Assembly (NCBI RefSeq): GCF_004353825.1
Contig: NZ_SMNA01000006.1
Coordinates: 310,001 to 374,000, forward strand
Reading direction: 5' to 3'
DNA from: Occultella glacieicola
GTDB lineage: Bacteria > Actinomycetota > Actinomycetes > Actinomycetales > Beutenbergiaceae
DNA: 64,000 nucleotides
Position 1 is the stretch's first letter; the number at the start of each line of letters is the position of its first letter. The translations under genes were made by a program, and so were the position numbers. This document shows positions 18,046-29,956 of the stretch, one piece after another. The notes beneath the pieces were generated by a model. It was not told the origin of the DNA and did no database searches. It was given only the letters and a program-made list of their open reading frames with translations.

Positions 18046-18795
18046 CTAGGCCGGGACCGCGCCGACGGCGAACCGGAACCTGTTGACCAGCCGGTACCCG
18101 CCGTCGGGCGTGCGAAACCTCCGCGCTGCCGCGAGCACGGTCGCCGCTCGCGCCGCCCGAGTGGCCCGGTCCTCGCCGAGGAGCACGGCGCGCACGAGCA
18201 GCGCATCGTCGGGGACCTGCCACGGGACGTCGACCACACCGGCCTCCCGCACCCGAAGGCCGGCCTCGGCGAGGGCGTCCTCGAGACCACCGGCAATCCT
18301 GAGGTCGCCGTCCGGGCCCGGTTCCTCCCCCGCGTGGGCCGCCAGCGCCGCCTCGATCGCGTCCAGATCGTTGAGGGCTGCCTCGGCCCAGTTCGCGATC
18401 GCGACCAGCCCACCTGGTCGGAGCACGCGCGCGGCCTCGGCCAGGGCGTCGGTCGTGTCCGGCGCGAACTGCAATGCGTTGACGCCGGTGACCACGTCCT
18501 GGCTGGCGGCCGGCCAGGGCAGCCGCTCGAAGCCCGCCCGGCGGACATCGGCGCCGGGCACCCGCCGCCGGGCCAGTTCGAGCATCGCCGGCGCGGGATC
18601 CGCACCCGAGACGACCGCCCCGGTCGCCTCCAACGTCGCCAGGAACTCCCCGCTTCCGCAGCCGACGTCGAGCACTCGCGTTCCCGGCACGATGCCGGTC
18701 GCCGCGATGGTCCGCTCGTGCACGGGCGCGGCCACCGCGCCCCAGTGCGCCGCCCACTCCGTGGCGAGCTCGGACCATACCTGCGCGGCGGACAC
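18046..18795 (-). CDS. Class I SAM-dependent methyltransferase
   Basis: VLDVGCGSG, LPW, VLRPGG motifs. Confidence 0.88.
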   Translation of the reverse strand: MSAAQVWSELATEWAAHWGAVAAPVHERTIAATGIVPGTRVLDVGCGSGEFLATLEATGAVVSGADPAPAMLELARRRVPGADVRRAGFERLPWPAASQDVVTGVNALQFAPDTTDALAEAARVLRPGGLVAIANWAEAALNDLDAIEAALAAHAGEEPGPDGDLRIAGGLEDALAEAGLRVREAGVVDVPWQVPDDALLVRAVLLGEDRATRAARAATVLAAARRFRTPDGGYRLVNRFRFAVGAVPA

Positions 18796-18895
18796 CCGGG
18801 CAGCCTACCCACGGCTCAGCCCAGGCGCCGAGAACTGGTGACCCCTTGTACGGACATATTGACACTCTGACGCTTGCCACGAAGGCCGAGGAGCG

Positions 18896-19663
18896 TCAGC
18901 GGGCCACGACCGTGGTGTCGAAGGTGTAGCGCGAGCCGCGGTACAGGTGCGATCCGAACTCCACGACGGCGTTGACGTCGTCGAAGGCGATCCGCTCCAT
19001 GGTCAGGAGCGCAGCACGGGGCCGTTCGTCGAGGACCCGCGCCTCGGCGGCGGTCGCGAGCCTGGCGCCGATCGTCTGGCGGGCGAGCCGCATCTGCACC
19101 CCGGTGGCGCGCAGCGCGGCGTACAGCCCCACCTCGGCGAGCTCGGCCTCGGTGGGTGCGATCTCCGCGCGGAGGTGGTTGGTCATCAGCGCCAACGGCT
19201 CGTCGTCGGCGAACCGCAACCTCTCGATCGTGACGACCTCCGCGCCCGGCTCGACCCCGAGTCGCTCCGCGATGATGTGATCGGCCGGGTGCGCCTCCAG
19301 GCTCAGCACCTCGGTGCGCGGGGTCCGGCCGGCGGCCGCCAGGTCGTCGTACAGGCTGGTCAGCTCCACCGGACGGCGGATCAGTTCCGAGGCCACCTGG
19401 GTGCCGATACCGCGCCTGCGGATCAACAGACCCTGCTCGACGAGGTCCTGGAAGGCCCGCCGTGCCGTGGGGCGGGAGACCCCGAGCCGAGCGGCCATCG
19501 CGAGTTCGTTCTCGACCCGGGTGCCCGCCGGCAGGTCCCCGGAGGTGATCATCGCCTTCATCGCCTCGGCGATCTGATGGTAGAGCGGCACCGGGCTCGA
19601 CCGGTCCAGCGCGACCCGTGGCAGGTGCACAGTCTCCCCCGTGCTCGCGGTGTCCATCTCCAT
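18896..19663 (-). CDS. iolR: GntR (HutC/UTRA) regulator, probable inositol regulator
   Basis: PLYHQIA, ELAMAARLGVSRPTARRA, UTRA domain; divergent from the iol operon. Confidence 0.82.
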   Translation of the reverse strand: MEMDTASTGETVHLPRVALDRSSPVPLYHQIAEAMKAMITSGDLPAGTRVENELAMAARLGVSRPTARRAFQDLVEQGLLIRRRGIGTQVASELIRRPVELTSLYDDLAAAGRTPRTEVLSLEAHPADHIIAERLGVEPGAEVVTIERLRFADDEPLALMTNHLRAEIAPTEAELAEVGLYAALRATGVQMRLARQTIGARLATAAEARVLDERPRAALLTMERIAFDDVNAVVEFGSHLYRGSRYTFDTTVVAR

Positions 19664-19792
19664 GTCGGTCCCCCTCGTCGCAACCATCAGCAGGCCCCTC
19701 GTTGACATCCATCGGCGGCGCGCCTCGCCTCGCCTCGTGCGCTCCCTCACGCAGCGGACTCATGGTCACGTTAACGCGATTCAAAGCCTAAA

Positions 19793-19844
19793 GTCCATAT
19801 GTCCTTACAAAGACTTGACGGGGCGCGCGACGATGAGGCACGGT
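19793..19844 (+). promoter_or_regulatory. GntR-type operator and iol operon promoter
   Basis: ATATGTCCTTACAA operator-like site next to TTGACG (19815) and CACGGT 18 nt downstream; near-identical site at 18846. Confidence 0.6.
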
Positions 19845-19929
19845 TGAGACCCGCCCGGTGGCGGACAGTCGAGATCGCCCCGAGACGTGGGTGAGGTCGC
19901 CCCTGAACGGGGCAGAGGGGTTGCAGACG

Positions 19930-20913
19930 ATGACGGCGCCAACGACGCCCGCGGAGGTCCTCACCATGGGGCGCTCCGGGGTGGACATCTATCCGCTGCA
20001 GACCGGAGTGGGCCTCGAGGACGTGACCAGCTTCGGCAAGTTCCTCGGCGGCAGCCCGATGAACGTGGCGGTCGCCTCCGCCCGGCACGGGCACACCGCC
20101 GCGGTGCTGACCGGTGTCGGCGACGACCCGTTCGGGGTGTACGTGCGCCGGGAGATGCGTCGGCTGGGCGTCAGCGACGAGTTCGTGATCACCAGCACCA
20201 CGCTCAACACGCCGGTCACGTTCTGCGAGATGTTCCCGCCGGACCACTTCCCGATCTACTTCTACCGTCAGCCGAGCGCCCCCGACCTGCAGCTGACGCC
20301 GGCGGACCTCCCGGCCGAGGCGGTCCGGGACGCCCGGATCATGTGGTTCTCGGTCACCGGGCTCTCGGAGGAGCCGAGCCGGTCGGCCCATCACGCCGCC
20401 CTCGCCCACCGCGAACGGCGCGAGCACACCATCCTCGACCTCGACTACCGGCCGATGTTCTGGGCGGACCCGACCGAGGCGAGCGCCCAGGTCCGCGCGT
20501 TCCTCACCGGGGTCACGATCGCCGTCGGGAACCGGGAGGAGTGCGAGGTCGCCGTCGGCGAGCGGGACCCCGACCGGGCCGCGGACGCGCTCCTCGAGGC
20601 CGGCGTGGAGCTGGCGATCGTCAAGCGCGGCCCCGAGGGGACGCTCGCCAAGACCCGCGAGGAGCGGGTGGAGGTGCCACCGGTCCCGGTGGACGTCGTC
20701 AACGGGCTCGGCGCCGGGGACGCCTTCGGCGGTGCGCTGTGCCACGGACTCCTGTCCGGGTGGTCCCTGCGCCGGACCATCACGGCGGCGAGCGCGGCGG
20801 GCGCCATCGTCGCGGGCCGGCTGGAGTGCTCGACGGCGATGCCCACGGAGGCCGAGGTGCTCGCCGTGATCGACGAGGGCCGCTCCCCGAACGACCTCGA
20901 GCGGGCCGCGTGA
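19930..20913 (+). CDS. iolC: 5-dehydro-2-deoxygluconokinase
   Basis: MGRSGVDIYP, GGSPMNVA, DLDYRP, GLGAGDAF PfkB motifs. Confidence 0.93.
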   Translation: MTAPTTPAEVLTMGRSGVDIYPLQTGVGLEDVTSFGKFLGGSPMNVAVASARHGHTAAVLTGVGDDPFGVYVRREMRRLGVSDEFVITSTTLNTPVTFCEMFPPDHFPIYFYRQPSAPDLQLTPADLPAEAVRDARIMWFSVTGLSEEPSRSAHHAALAHRERREHTILDLDYRPMFWADPTEASAQVRAFLTGVTIAVGNREECEVAVGERDPDRAADALLEAGVELAIVKRGPEGTLAKTREERVEVPPVPVDVVNGLGAGDAFGGALCHGLLSGWSLRRTITAASAAGAIVAGRLECSTAMPTEAEVLAVIDEGRSPNDLERAA

Positions 20914-21830
20914 GCGCTCCGACCACACGGCCACTGCCGGCGTTGGGCCGAAGCGGCATCGCCGCGACCCTCGAGGGCATCCGGGACCTGCGCACGCATG
21001 CGCCCGGGCGCATCGCCGAGGTCCTCGCGGCCAGGCCGCGGGGAGAGTTCCCGACCGACCCGAGCGCCCGCCTCATGATCATCGCCGCGGATCACCCGGC
21101 CCGTGGCGCGCTGACCGCCGGTCCCCGGCCGTTGGCGATGGGCGACCGCCGCGACCTGCTCGAGCGGTGCGCGACCGCCCTCGCCCGGCCCGGCGTGCAC
21201 GGTTTCCTCGGCACCGCCGAGATCGTCGAGGAACTTGCCCTGCTCGGAGCGCTCGACGGCAAGTTGGTGTACGGCTCGATGAACCGCGGCGGGTTGGCCG
21301 GGGCGGCCTTCGAGCTGGACGACCGGTTCACCGGCTACGACGCCGACGGCATCGTCGCGTCCGGCCTGGACGGCGGAAAGATGCTGCTGCGCATCGACTA
21401 CGACGAGCCGGCGTCCGTGGCGACCATGGAGTCGGCGGCGCGGGCCGTCGACGCCCTCGCCGCCGCCGGGGTGATGGCGATGGTCGAGCCGTTCATCTCC
21501 ACGCGGGCCGAGGGTCGGGTGCGCAACGACCTCTCGGTGGAGGCGGTGGTCCGGTCCGTGACGATCGCGGCAGGGCTCGGCCGGACCTCCGCCCACACCT
21601 GGCTGAAACTGCCGTACGTGCCGGAGATGGAGCGGGTGATGGCGGCGACGTCGCTGCCGGCCCTGATCCTGGGCGGCGAGGTCGACCCGGACCCGGGCGC
21701 CGCGGCCGAGGGCTGGGCCCGGGCCGTGCAGGTGCCCGGCGTGAAGGGCCTGATCATCGGCCGCTCGCTGCTGTACCCGCCGGACGACGACGTCGAGGCA
21801 GCCGTGGACCGGGCGGTGTCGGTGTTGTGA
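20910..21830 (+). CDS. Class I aldolase-like TIM-barrel protein of actinobacterial iol clusters (Cgl0159-like)
   Basis: IIAADHPARG, SMNRGGL, WLKLP, GRSLLYP; GTGA-coupled to iolC. Confidence 0.8.
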   Translation: MSAPTTRPLPALGRSGIAATLEGIRDLRTHAPGRIAEVLAARPRGEFPTDPSARLMIIAADHPARGALTAGPRPLAMGDRRDLLERCATALARPGVHGFLGTAEIVEELALLGALDGKLVYGSMNRGGLAGAAFELDDRFTGYDADGIVASGLDGGKMLLRIDYDEPASVATMESAARAVDALAAAGVMAMVEPFISTRAEGRVRNDLSVEAVVRSVTIAAGLGRTSAHTWLKLPYVPEMERVMAATSLPALILGGEVDPDPGAAAEGWARAVQVPGVKGLIIGRSLLYPPDDDVEAAVDRAVSVL

Positions 21831-22816
21831 GCACCGGAGACCTGAGGAGCTCGCAGCCGCTGAGGCGCGCCGGTGCCGATGCCACCGGTCCGTTCACCGT
21901 GAGCCTGTCCCCGGAGGACGCCGGCTGGGCGTTCTCCGGCCTGCGGGTCCTGGACCTACCCGCCGGGGGCCGTCAGGACCTCGAGACCGGCGCCGACGAA
22001 CTGCTGGTGCTGCCGCTGACGGGAGCCTGCACGGTCACCGTGACCACGGACACCGGGATCACGGGCGGCGGCGGCGCGGGCGGCGGCGGCAGCGCGGACC
22101 CCGAGAACATGCCGAGCGCTCACACCCGGACCTTCGCGCTCCAGGGCCGAGCGGACGTGTTCTCCGCCGTCACCGACCACCTCTACGTCCCGATGGGCGC
22201 GACGCTGACGATCACGTCGGCGGGCGGCGGCCGGTTCGCGCTGCCGAGCGCACGCGCGAGCCGTCGGCTGCCGGTCAGCCACCGGAGAGCCGACGAGGTC
22301 CGCGTCGAACTGCGCGGGGCCGGAACGTGCTCGCGGCAGGTCAACAACTACGCACTCGGGAATGATCTGGACACCGACCACCTGCTGGTCTGCGAGGTAC
22401 TCACGCCGGGCGGCAACTGGTCCTCCTATCCCCCGCACAAGCACGATGTCCACTCCGAGGTCGAGCGCGAGCTCGAGGAGATCTATTACTTCGAGGTCGC
22501 GCCCGGCCCCGACGGCCCCGGCTTCGCGTTCCATCGCACCTACGGCACGGCGGACCGGCCGCTCGAGCTGACCGAGGAGGTACGCACTGGGGACGTCGTC
22601 CTCATCCCGCACGGCTACCACGGCCCGTCGATGGCCGCCCCGGGCTATGACCTGTACTACCTGAACGTGATGGCCGGGCCCGCGTCGGACCAGCAGTGGC
22701 TGATGACCGACGACCCCCGCCACCACTGGATCCGCGACACCTGGGCCGACCAGGAGATCGATCCCCGGCTGCCGATGACGAGCACGCCGGCCGAGGGCCG
22801 GGAGGGCCACACATGA
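21827..22816 (+). CDS. iolB: 5-deoxy-glucuronate isomerase
   Basis: EVLTPGGNWSSYPPHKHD, LEEIYY, GYHGP, YYLNVMAG. Confidence 0.93.
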   Translation: MSTGDLRSSQPLRRAGADATGPFTVSLSPEDAGWAFSGLRVLDLPAGGRQDLETGADELLVLPLTGACTVTVTTDTGITGGGGAGGGGSADPENMPSAHTRTFALQGRADVFSAVTDHLYVPMGATLTITSAGGGRFALPSARASRRLPVSHRRADEVRVELRGAGTCSRQVNNYALGNDLDTDHLLVCEVLTPGGNWSSYPPHKHDVHSEVERELEEIYYFEVAPGPDGPGFAFHRTYGTADRPLELTEEVRTGDVVLIPHGYHGPSMAAPGYDLYYLNVMAGPASDQQWLMTDDPRHHWIRDTWADQEIDPRLPMTSTPAEGREGHT

Positions 22817-24717
22817 GTGCTGCACCCGGAACTCCGACCGAGCGGCTCACGGTGGGCCAGGCGCTGGTCCGGTTCCTCGCCGCCCAGCACACCGAGCGCG
22901 ACGGCCTCACCCAGCCGCTGTTCGCGGGCGTGTTCGGGATCTTCGGGCACGGGAACGTGGCCGGCCTCGGCCAGGCGCTCGTCCAGAACGAGCTGGATCC
23001 GGCGCCCGGCGAGGAGCGCCTGAAGTACTACCACGCCCGCAACGAACAGGCGGTGGTGCACGCCGCCGTCGGGTTCGCCCGCACCCGCAACCGGCTCCAG
23101 ACGATGGCGTGCACGGCCTCCATCGGACCGGGGTCCACGAACATGGTGACCGGGGCGGCCCTGGCCACGATCGACCGGATCCCGGTGCTACTGCTGCCCT
23201 CGGACATCTTCGCGACCCGGTTCCCCGACCCGGTGCTGCAGCAGCTGGAGGACCCACGCAGCCTCGACGTCTCGGTGAACGACGCGTTCAAGCCGGTGTC
23301 GCGGTTCTGGGACCGGATCAACCGGCCCGAGCAACTGATTCCGAGCGCGCTGGCCGCGGTGCGCGTGCTCACCGATCCTGCCGAGACCGGCGCGGTGACC
23401 CTGTGCCTGCCGCAGGACGTCCAGGCGCAGGCGTACGAGTGGCCGGTCGAGTTCTTCCGCAGGCGGGTCTGGCACGTGGCCCGACCCTTCCCCGAACCGG
23501 CTGCCCTGGACCGGGCCGTGGCCGCGATCCGCGCCGCGAAGCGCCCGCTCCTGGTGGCCGGCGGCGGCGTCGTCTACTCGGAGGCGAGCGCGGCTCTGGC
23601 CGCGTTCGCCGACGCGACCGGGATCCCGGTCGCGGACACGCAGGCCGGCAAGGGTGCGATCGCGTTCGACCACCCGAGTGCCGTCGGCGGGGTCGGGGCC
23701 ACCGGCACCGCGGCTGCGAACGCCCTCGCCGCCGAGGCGGACCTGGTGATCGGGGTGGGCACCCGGTACACGGACTTCACCACCGCCAGTCATACCGTGT
23801 TCGCGAACCGCGACGTCGCCTACGTCAACGTCAACGTGCTCGCGTTCGACGCGGCGAAGCACGCCGCGGACATGGTCGTGGCCGATGCCCGTGAGGGCTT
23901 GCGCGCGCTCACCGAGGCACTCGCCGGGCACCGCGTGGATCCTGCCTACGAGGCCCGGGCCACCCGGCTCGCTGCCGAGTGGGCCGCCGTCACGGACGAG
24001 TGCTACCACCGCGGCCACGGACCGCTGCCCGCCCAGACCGAGGTGTTCGGCGCCCTGAACGAGCTCATGAGCGACGAGGACATCCTCATCAACGCGGCCG
24101 GTTCGATGCCCGGGGACCTGCAGGCGCTCTGGCGGGCCCGCAGCCCGCACCAGTACCACCTGGAGTACGGCTACTCCTGCATGGGTTACGAGATCCCCGC
24201 TGCGATGGGCGCCAAGCTGGCGGCCCCGGAGCGCGAGGTCGTCGCGATCGTGGGCGACGGCACCTACCAGATGATGCCCGCCGAGCTCGCGACCATCGTC
24301 GCGGAGAACCTGAAGGTGATCGTGGTGCTCCTGCAGAACCACGGTTACGCCTCGATCGGGGCACTGTCGGAGTCCGTCGGCTCGCAACGGTTCGGCACCA
24401 GGTACCGGATGCGCACCGACGACAGCGACCGCCTCGACGGCCCCCCGGTGCCCCTCGACCTCGTCGCGAACGCCCGCAGCTTCGGCCTGGACGTGCTGGA
24501 GGCCCGGACCATCGAGGAGTTCCGAGCCGCCTACATCGCGGCCGCCGCCGCACCCCGGGCCACCGTGATCCACATCGAGACCGACCTGCAGGGCCCGAAC
24601 CCGCCGTCGTCGGCGTGGTGGGACGTGCCCGTCGCCGAGGAGTCCCGGCTGGCGAGCACCCGCGCCGCCCACGAGGCCTACCTGGAGGCGAAGAAGAACC
24701 AGCGCCACTACCTGTGA
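22813..24717 (+). CDS. iolD: 3D-(3,5/4)-trihydroxycyclohexane-1,2-dione hydrolase (ThDP-dependent)
   Basis: GIFGHGNVAG, RNEQ, EYGYSCMGYE, GDG...N, WWDVPV. Confidence 0.95.
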   Translation: MSAAPGTPTERLTVGQALVRFLAAQHTERDGLTQPLFAGVFGIFGHGNVAGLGQALVQNELDPAPGEERLKYYHARNEQAVVHAAVGFARTRNRLQTMACTASIGPGSTNMVTGAALATIDRIPVLLLPSDIFATRFPDPVLQQLEDPRSLDVSVNDAFKPVSRFWDRINRPEQLIPSALAAVRVLTDPAETGAVTLCLPQDVQAQAYEWPVEFFRRRVWHVARPFPEPAALDRAVAAIRAAKRPLLVAGGGVVYSEASAALAAFADATGIPVADTQAGKGAIAFDHPSAVGGVGATGTAAANALAAEADLVIGVGTRYTDFTTASHTVFANRDVAYVNVNVLAFDAAKHAADMVVADAREGLRALTEALAGHRVDPAYEARATRLAAEWAAVTDECYHRGHGPLPAQTEVFGALNELMSDEDILINAAGSMPGDLQALWRARSPHQYHLEYGYSCMGYEIPAAMGAKLAAPEREVVAIVGDGTYQMMPAELATIVAENLKVIVVLLQNHGYASIGALSESVGSQRFGTRYRMRTDDSDRLDGPPVPLDLVANARSFGLDVLEARTIEEFRAAYIAAAAAPRATVIHIETDLQGPNPPSSAWWDVPVAEESRLASTRAAHEAYLEAKKNQRHYL

Positions 24718-24777
24718 CCGCGCTCAGCCACACCCCGCACCACCCGTCCCGCACCACCCATGGAGGGCCCACCCCTG

Positions 24778-26739
<1,962 letters not shown>

Positions 26740-27302
26740 GCTCACACCGGCGGCGTGGGACCTGTACGTGCGGAACGCGAACCGGCTCGGCAAGCTCCTC
26801 AAGGACGACTACGGGCTGAAGATGGTGCTGCACCCGCACGGCGACTCCCACATCGAGACGCCCGAGGACATCGACCGGGTGTTCGCGGCGACGGACCCGG
26901 AGTACGTCGGTTTCTGCCTGGACACCGGACACATCGTCTACGGTCAGGGCGACCCGATCGAGATGATCAGGACCTACCCCGACCGGATCTCCTACGTGCA
27001 CATCAAGGCCTTCGACCCGGAACTCGTGCGGCAGGCCCACGAGCTGGACTGGCCGTTCGGTGAGGCCGTGGCGCGGGGTGCGTCGGTGCGACCGCCGGCG
27101 GGCGAGCCGGACATGCCGCAGCTGATCGAGGCGCTGGCGGACCTCGACAAGGAGCTCTACGTCATCCTCGAGCAGGACCTGTACCCGGCGGACCCGGCGC
27201 TGCCGCTGCCGAACGCCATCAAGACCCGCGAGTACCTGGCCGAGTGCGGCCTCGGCCTGCTCTGACCCGCGCCCGACGAACCCGACCCACGAGGACCAGC
27301 AC

Positions 27303-28313
27303 ATGAGCGTTCGCATCGGCATCATCGGCCCCGGCGGCATCGGCCGCGCCCACATCGCCAGGATCAGCGACCGGCTGGCCCGCGGCCGCGTGGTCGCGGT
27401 CACCGACATCGACCCCGCCCACGCCCAGCGGGTCGCGGAACCGATCGGCGCGGCGGTGTACCCCGACGATGCAGCGCTGATCGACGCCGACGACGTCGAC
27501 GCGGTCATGGTCACCAGCTTCGGGCCGGCGCACGAGGGCTCGGTGGTCCGCGCGATCGAGGCCGGCAAGCCGGTCTTCTGCGAGAAGCCGCTGGCCCCGA
27601 CGGCGGCCGAGTGCCTGCGCATCATGGATGCCGAGCAGCGTGGTGGTCGGCGCCTCGTCCAGGTCGGCTTCATGCGCCGCTACGACGCGGGGTACCGGGA
27701 GATCAAGGCGACGCTCGAGCGTGGTGAGCTCGGTGCCGCGCTCATCGTGCACAACCGCCACCACAACCCGCACTCCCCGCAGACCTACCTGGAGGGCATG
27801 TCCATCACGGACACCGCGATCCACGAGATCGACGTGATGCGGTTCCTCCTCGGCGAGGAGATCGTCTCCGCCCGGGTGGACAAGCCGAAGCGGACCACGA
27901 GTGCGTTCGCGCACCTCTCCGACCCGCTCATGCTGGTGCTGCGGACCGCCTCGGACGTGCTCATCGACGTCGAGATCTTCGTCAACAACACCTACGGCTA
28001 CGACATCAAGTGTGAGGTCGTCGGCGAGCGTGGCCTCATCGCGCTGAGCGACCAGAACGCCACCGTGCGTACCTCTCCGACGGGGCGCGGCAACCGGATC
28101 GCAGCCGACTACAACGAGCGGTTCGAGGCGGCGTTCGAGACCGAGCTGCAGGAGTGGATCGACTCCGTGCAGGCCGGCGAGATCGTGGGGCCGACGAGCT
28201 GGGACGGGTACGCGGCCGCCGTGGTGTGCGACGCCGGCGTGCGGTCACTGCGCGCGCACGGATCCCAGGAGTTTACGGTCGACCTCATCGAGAAGCCGGC
28301 GTTCTACGCCTAA
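27303..28313 (+). CDS. iolG: Inositol 2-dehydrogenase (Gfo/Idh/MocA)
   Basis: GPGGIG, CEKPL, GFMRRYD, HEID, YGYDIKCEVVGE. Confidence 0.9.
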   Translation: MSVRIGIIGPGGIGRAHIARISDRLARGRVVAVTDIDPAHAQRVAEPIGAAVYPDDAALIDADDVDAVMVTSFGPAHEGSVVRAIEAGKPVFCEKPLAPTAAECLRIMDAEQRGGRRLVQVGFMRRYDAGYREIKATLERGELGAALIVHNRHHNPHSPQTYLEGMSITDTAIHEIDVMRFLLGEEIVSARVDKPKRTTSAFAHLSDPLMLVLRTASDVLIDVEIFVNNTYGYDIKCEVVGERGLIALSDQNATVRTSPTGRGNRIAADYNERFEAAFETELQEWIDSVQAGEIVGPTSWDGYAAAVVCDAGVRSLRAHGSQEFTVDLIEKPAFYA

Positions 28314-28340
28314 GGTGACCGGCCGCCGTCGGCCTCCCGC

Positions 28341-29207
28341 TCAGGAGGCGGGGCCGGCCACGCCCGCCCACGCCTTCGCGAACTCCCTCGGAGTGAGCGC
28401 GGTGACCCTGGTGAAGTCGCGGCTGAAGTGGGCCTGGTCGGCGTAACCGAGCACGGCGGCGACGTCGGCGAGGCTGCGCGGCTGCTCCCGCAACCGCTGC
28501 GCCGCCTCCTGCAGCCGGCGCCGCTGGATCAGCCACTTCGGGCTCAGCCCGACCCGGCGCCGCACCAGCCGCTGCAGCGACCGTTCGGTCAGGTCGAACT
28601 CGGCGCAGACCTGGGCCACCCGGAGCACGTCCGGGTTCTGCTCGACGAACGCGACCACGGCGTTGATGAGCTGGCCCTCCTCGTCCACCGGCAGGGAGCC
28701 GCGCAGGACGTCGGTGTAGGCAGCCATCGCCTCGCCGTGGGCGGTGGCTGCGGTCGGGTCGGACCGCATGACGGTCCGGACCCGTTCGGTGAGCTGCTCC
28801 CCCGCCGCGCCGAGCACGTCGGCGACGGGGACGTGGGTGTCGGTGTACTCCGAGACCGACCGGCCCGTGATCAGGTAGCCGGCCGACGGTGCGCACATCA
28901 CGCCGACGGCCCATCCGTCGCCGGTGAGCGTGGTGGTGGACAGCCCCGAGACCACACCATAGAACCGTGCGTAGGTGTTCGTGATGACGAACAGGCAGTG
29001 CGGATACTGGAGCACCCGCTGGGGCGCCTCCTGTCCCGGCGGCACCGACCAGACCGGGATCCAGAACCGTTCCACTAGGCCGTGCAGTGCCGGGTCCGGC
29101 TCGTACCGGAACATCGTGTGGGAGGCGTCCCCGGGTTCCTTCAGGTGCGCACGCTCGATGGTGTCGATCGGCCGCAACGGGCCACTGTCGGATTTCATCA
29201 AGACCAA
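28341..29207 (-). CDS. AraC family regulator
   Basis: ERSLQRL, GLSPK, LGYADQAHFSRDF. Confidence 0.88.
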   Translation of the reverse strand: MVLMKSDSGPLRPIDTIERAHLKEPGDASHTMFRYEPDPALHGLVERFWIPVWSVPPGQEAPQRVLQYPHCLFVITNTYARFYGVVSGLSTTTLTGDGWAVGVMCAPSAGYLITGRSVSEYTDTHVPVADVLGAAGEQLTERVRTVMRSDPTAATAHGEAMAAYTDVLRGSLPVDEEGQLINAVVAFVEQNPDVLRVAQVCAEFDLTERSLQRLVRRRVGLSPKWLIQRRRLQEAAQRLREQPRSLADVAAVLGYADQAHFSRDFTRVTALTPREFAKAWAGVAGPAS

Positions 29208-29296
29208 GCCTCCCGCACCTGGCTAGCGTCGAAGGCATCAGAGTTCACCAGCGCCGCTGCCGCCGCGCACGTCGCTAACCCGTTCGGAGCCTCCCG

Positions 29297-29917
29297 ATGA
29301 ACACGACCGACAACACCAGTTCGACCGATACGACGAGTTCGACAACTGGCACGAAGACGGCGGCAAGCTCGCGCGGCCCGGCGACGGCCCACCGTCGGGT
29401 CGATGAACCGTTGTCCGCGCTCCTCGGCTCGGTCCCGAGCGACGGCTGGTCCTCCAGTTCGCCGTGCGAAGGCTGGTCGGCCCGGGACGTGGTCCGCCAC
29501 CTGATCGAGACGCAGCGCGAGTTCCTCACCGGACAGGACCTGGACCTCGGTCCGGCGCCGGACGTCGATGGGGATCCCGCCGCCGGCTGGAGTGTGCACT
29601 CGGCGCGAGTCTCGGCACTGCTCGCCGATCCCGAGGTCTCCGCACGGGGCTTTGACGGATTCTTCGGACCGACCACCATCGGTGCGACGTTCGAGCGGTT
29701 CTACGTCTGGGACATGGTGGTGCACCGCTGGGACATCGCGCGCGCCACCGGCACCGACGAGGCGCTCACCGGGTACGAACTCGACATGATCGAGGCGGGC
29801 GCGGAGAGCTTCGGCCCGACCCTGTACATGGACGGCATCTGTGGGCCGGCCGTCGTCCCGCCCGACGGCGCCGATCGCCAGACCCGTCTGCTCGCCCGCC
29901 TCGGTCGCGCCGTCTGA
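29297..29917 (+). CDS. Mycothiol-dependent maleylpyruvate-isomerase-like (MDMPI/TIGR03086-like) metal-binding protein
   Basis: SPCEGWSARDVVRHL, VHRWDIARATG, RLLARLGR. Confidence 0.8.
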   Translation: MNTTDNTSSTDTTSSTTGTKTAASSRGPATAHRRVDEPLSALLGSVPSDGWSSSSPCEGWSARDVVRHLIETQREFLTGQDLDLGPAPDVDGDPAAGWSVHSARVSALLADPEVSARGFDGFFGPTTIGATFERFYVWDMVVHRWDIARATGTDEALTGYELDMIEAGAESFGPTLYMDGICGPAVVPPDGADRQTRLLARLGRAV

Positions 29918-29956
29918 GGAATGGGACCCCAAGCCGTCTCGAAGTGAATCCATGGC

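Noticed and set aside
18846..19810. Invertible DNA switch
   Set aside because: The inverted repeats resemble GntR operators and no recombinase is in the window; kept only as a regulatory finding
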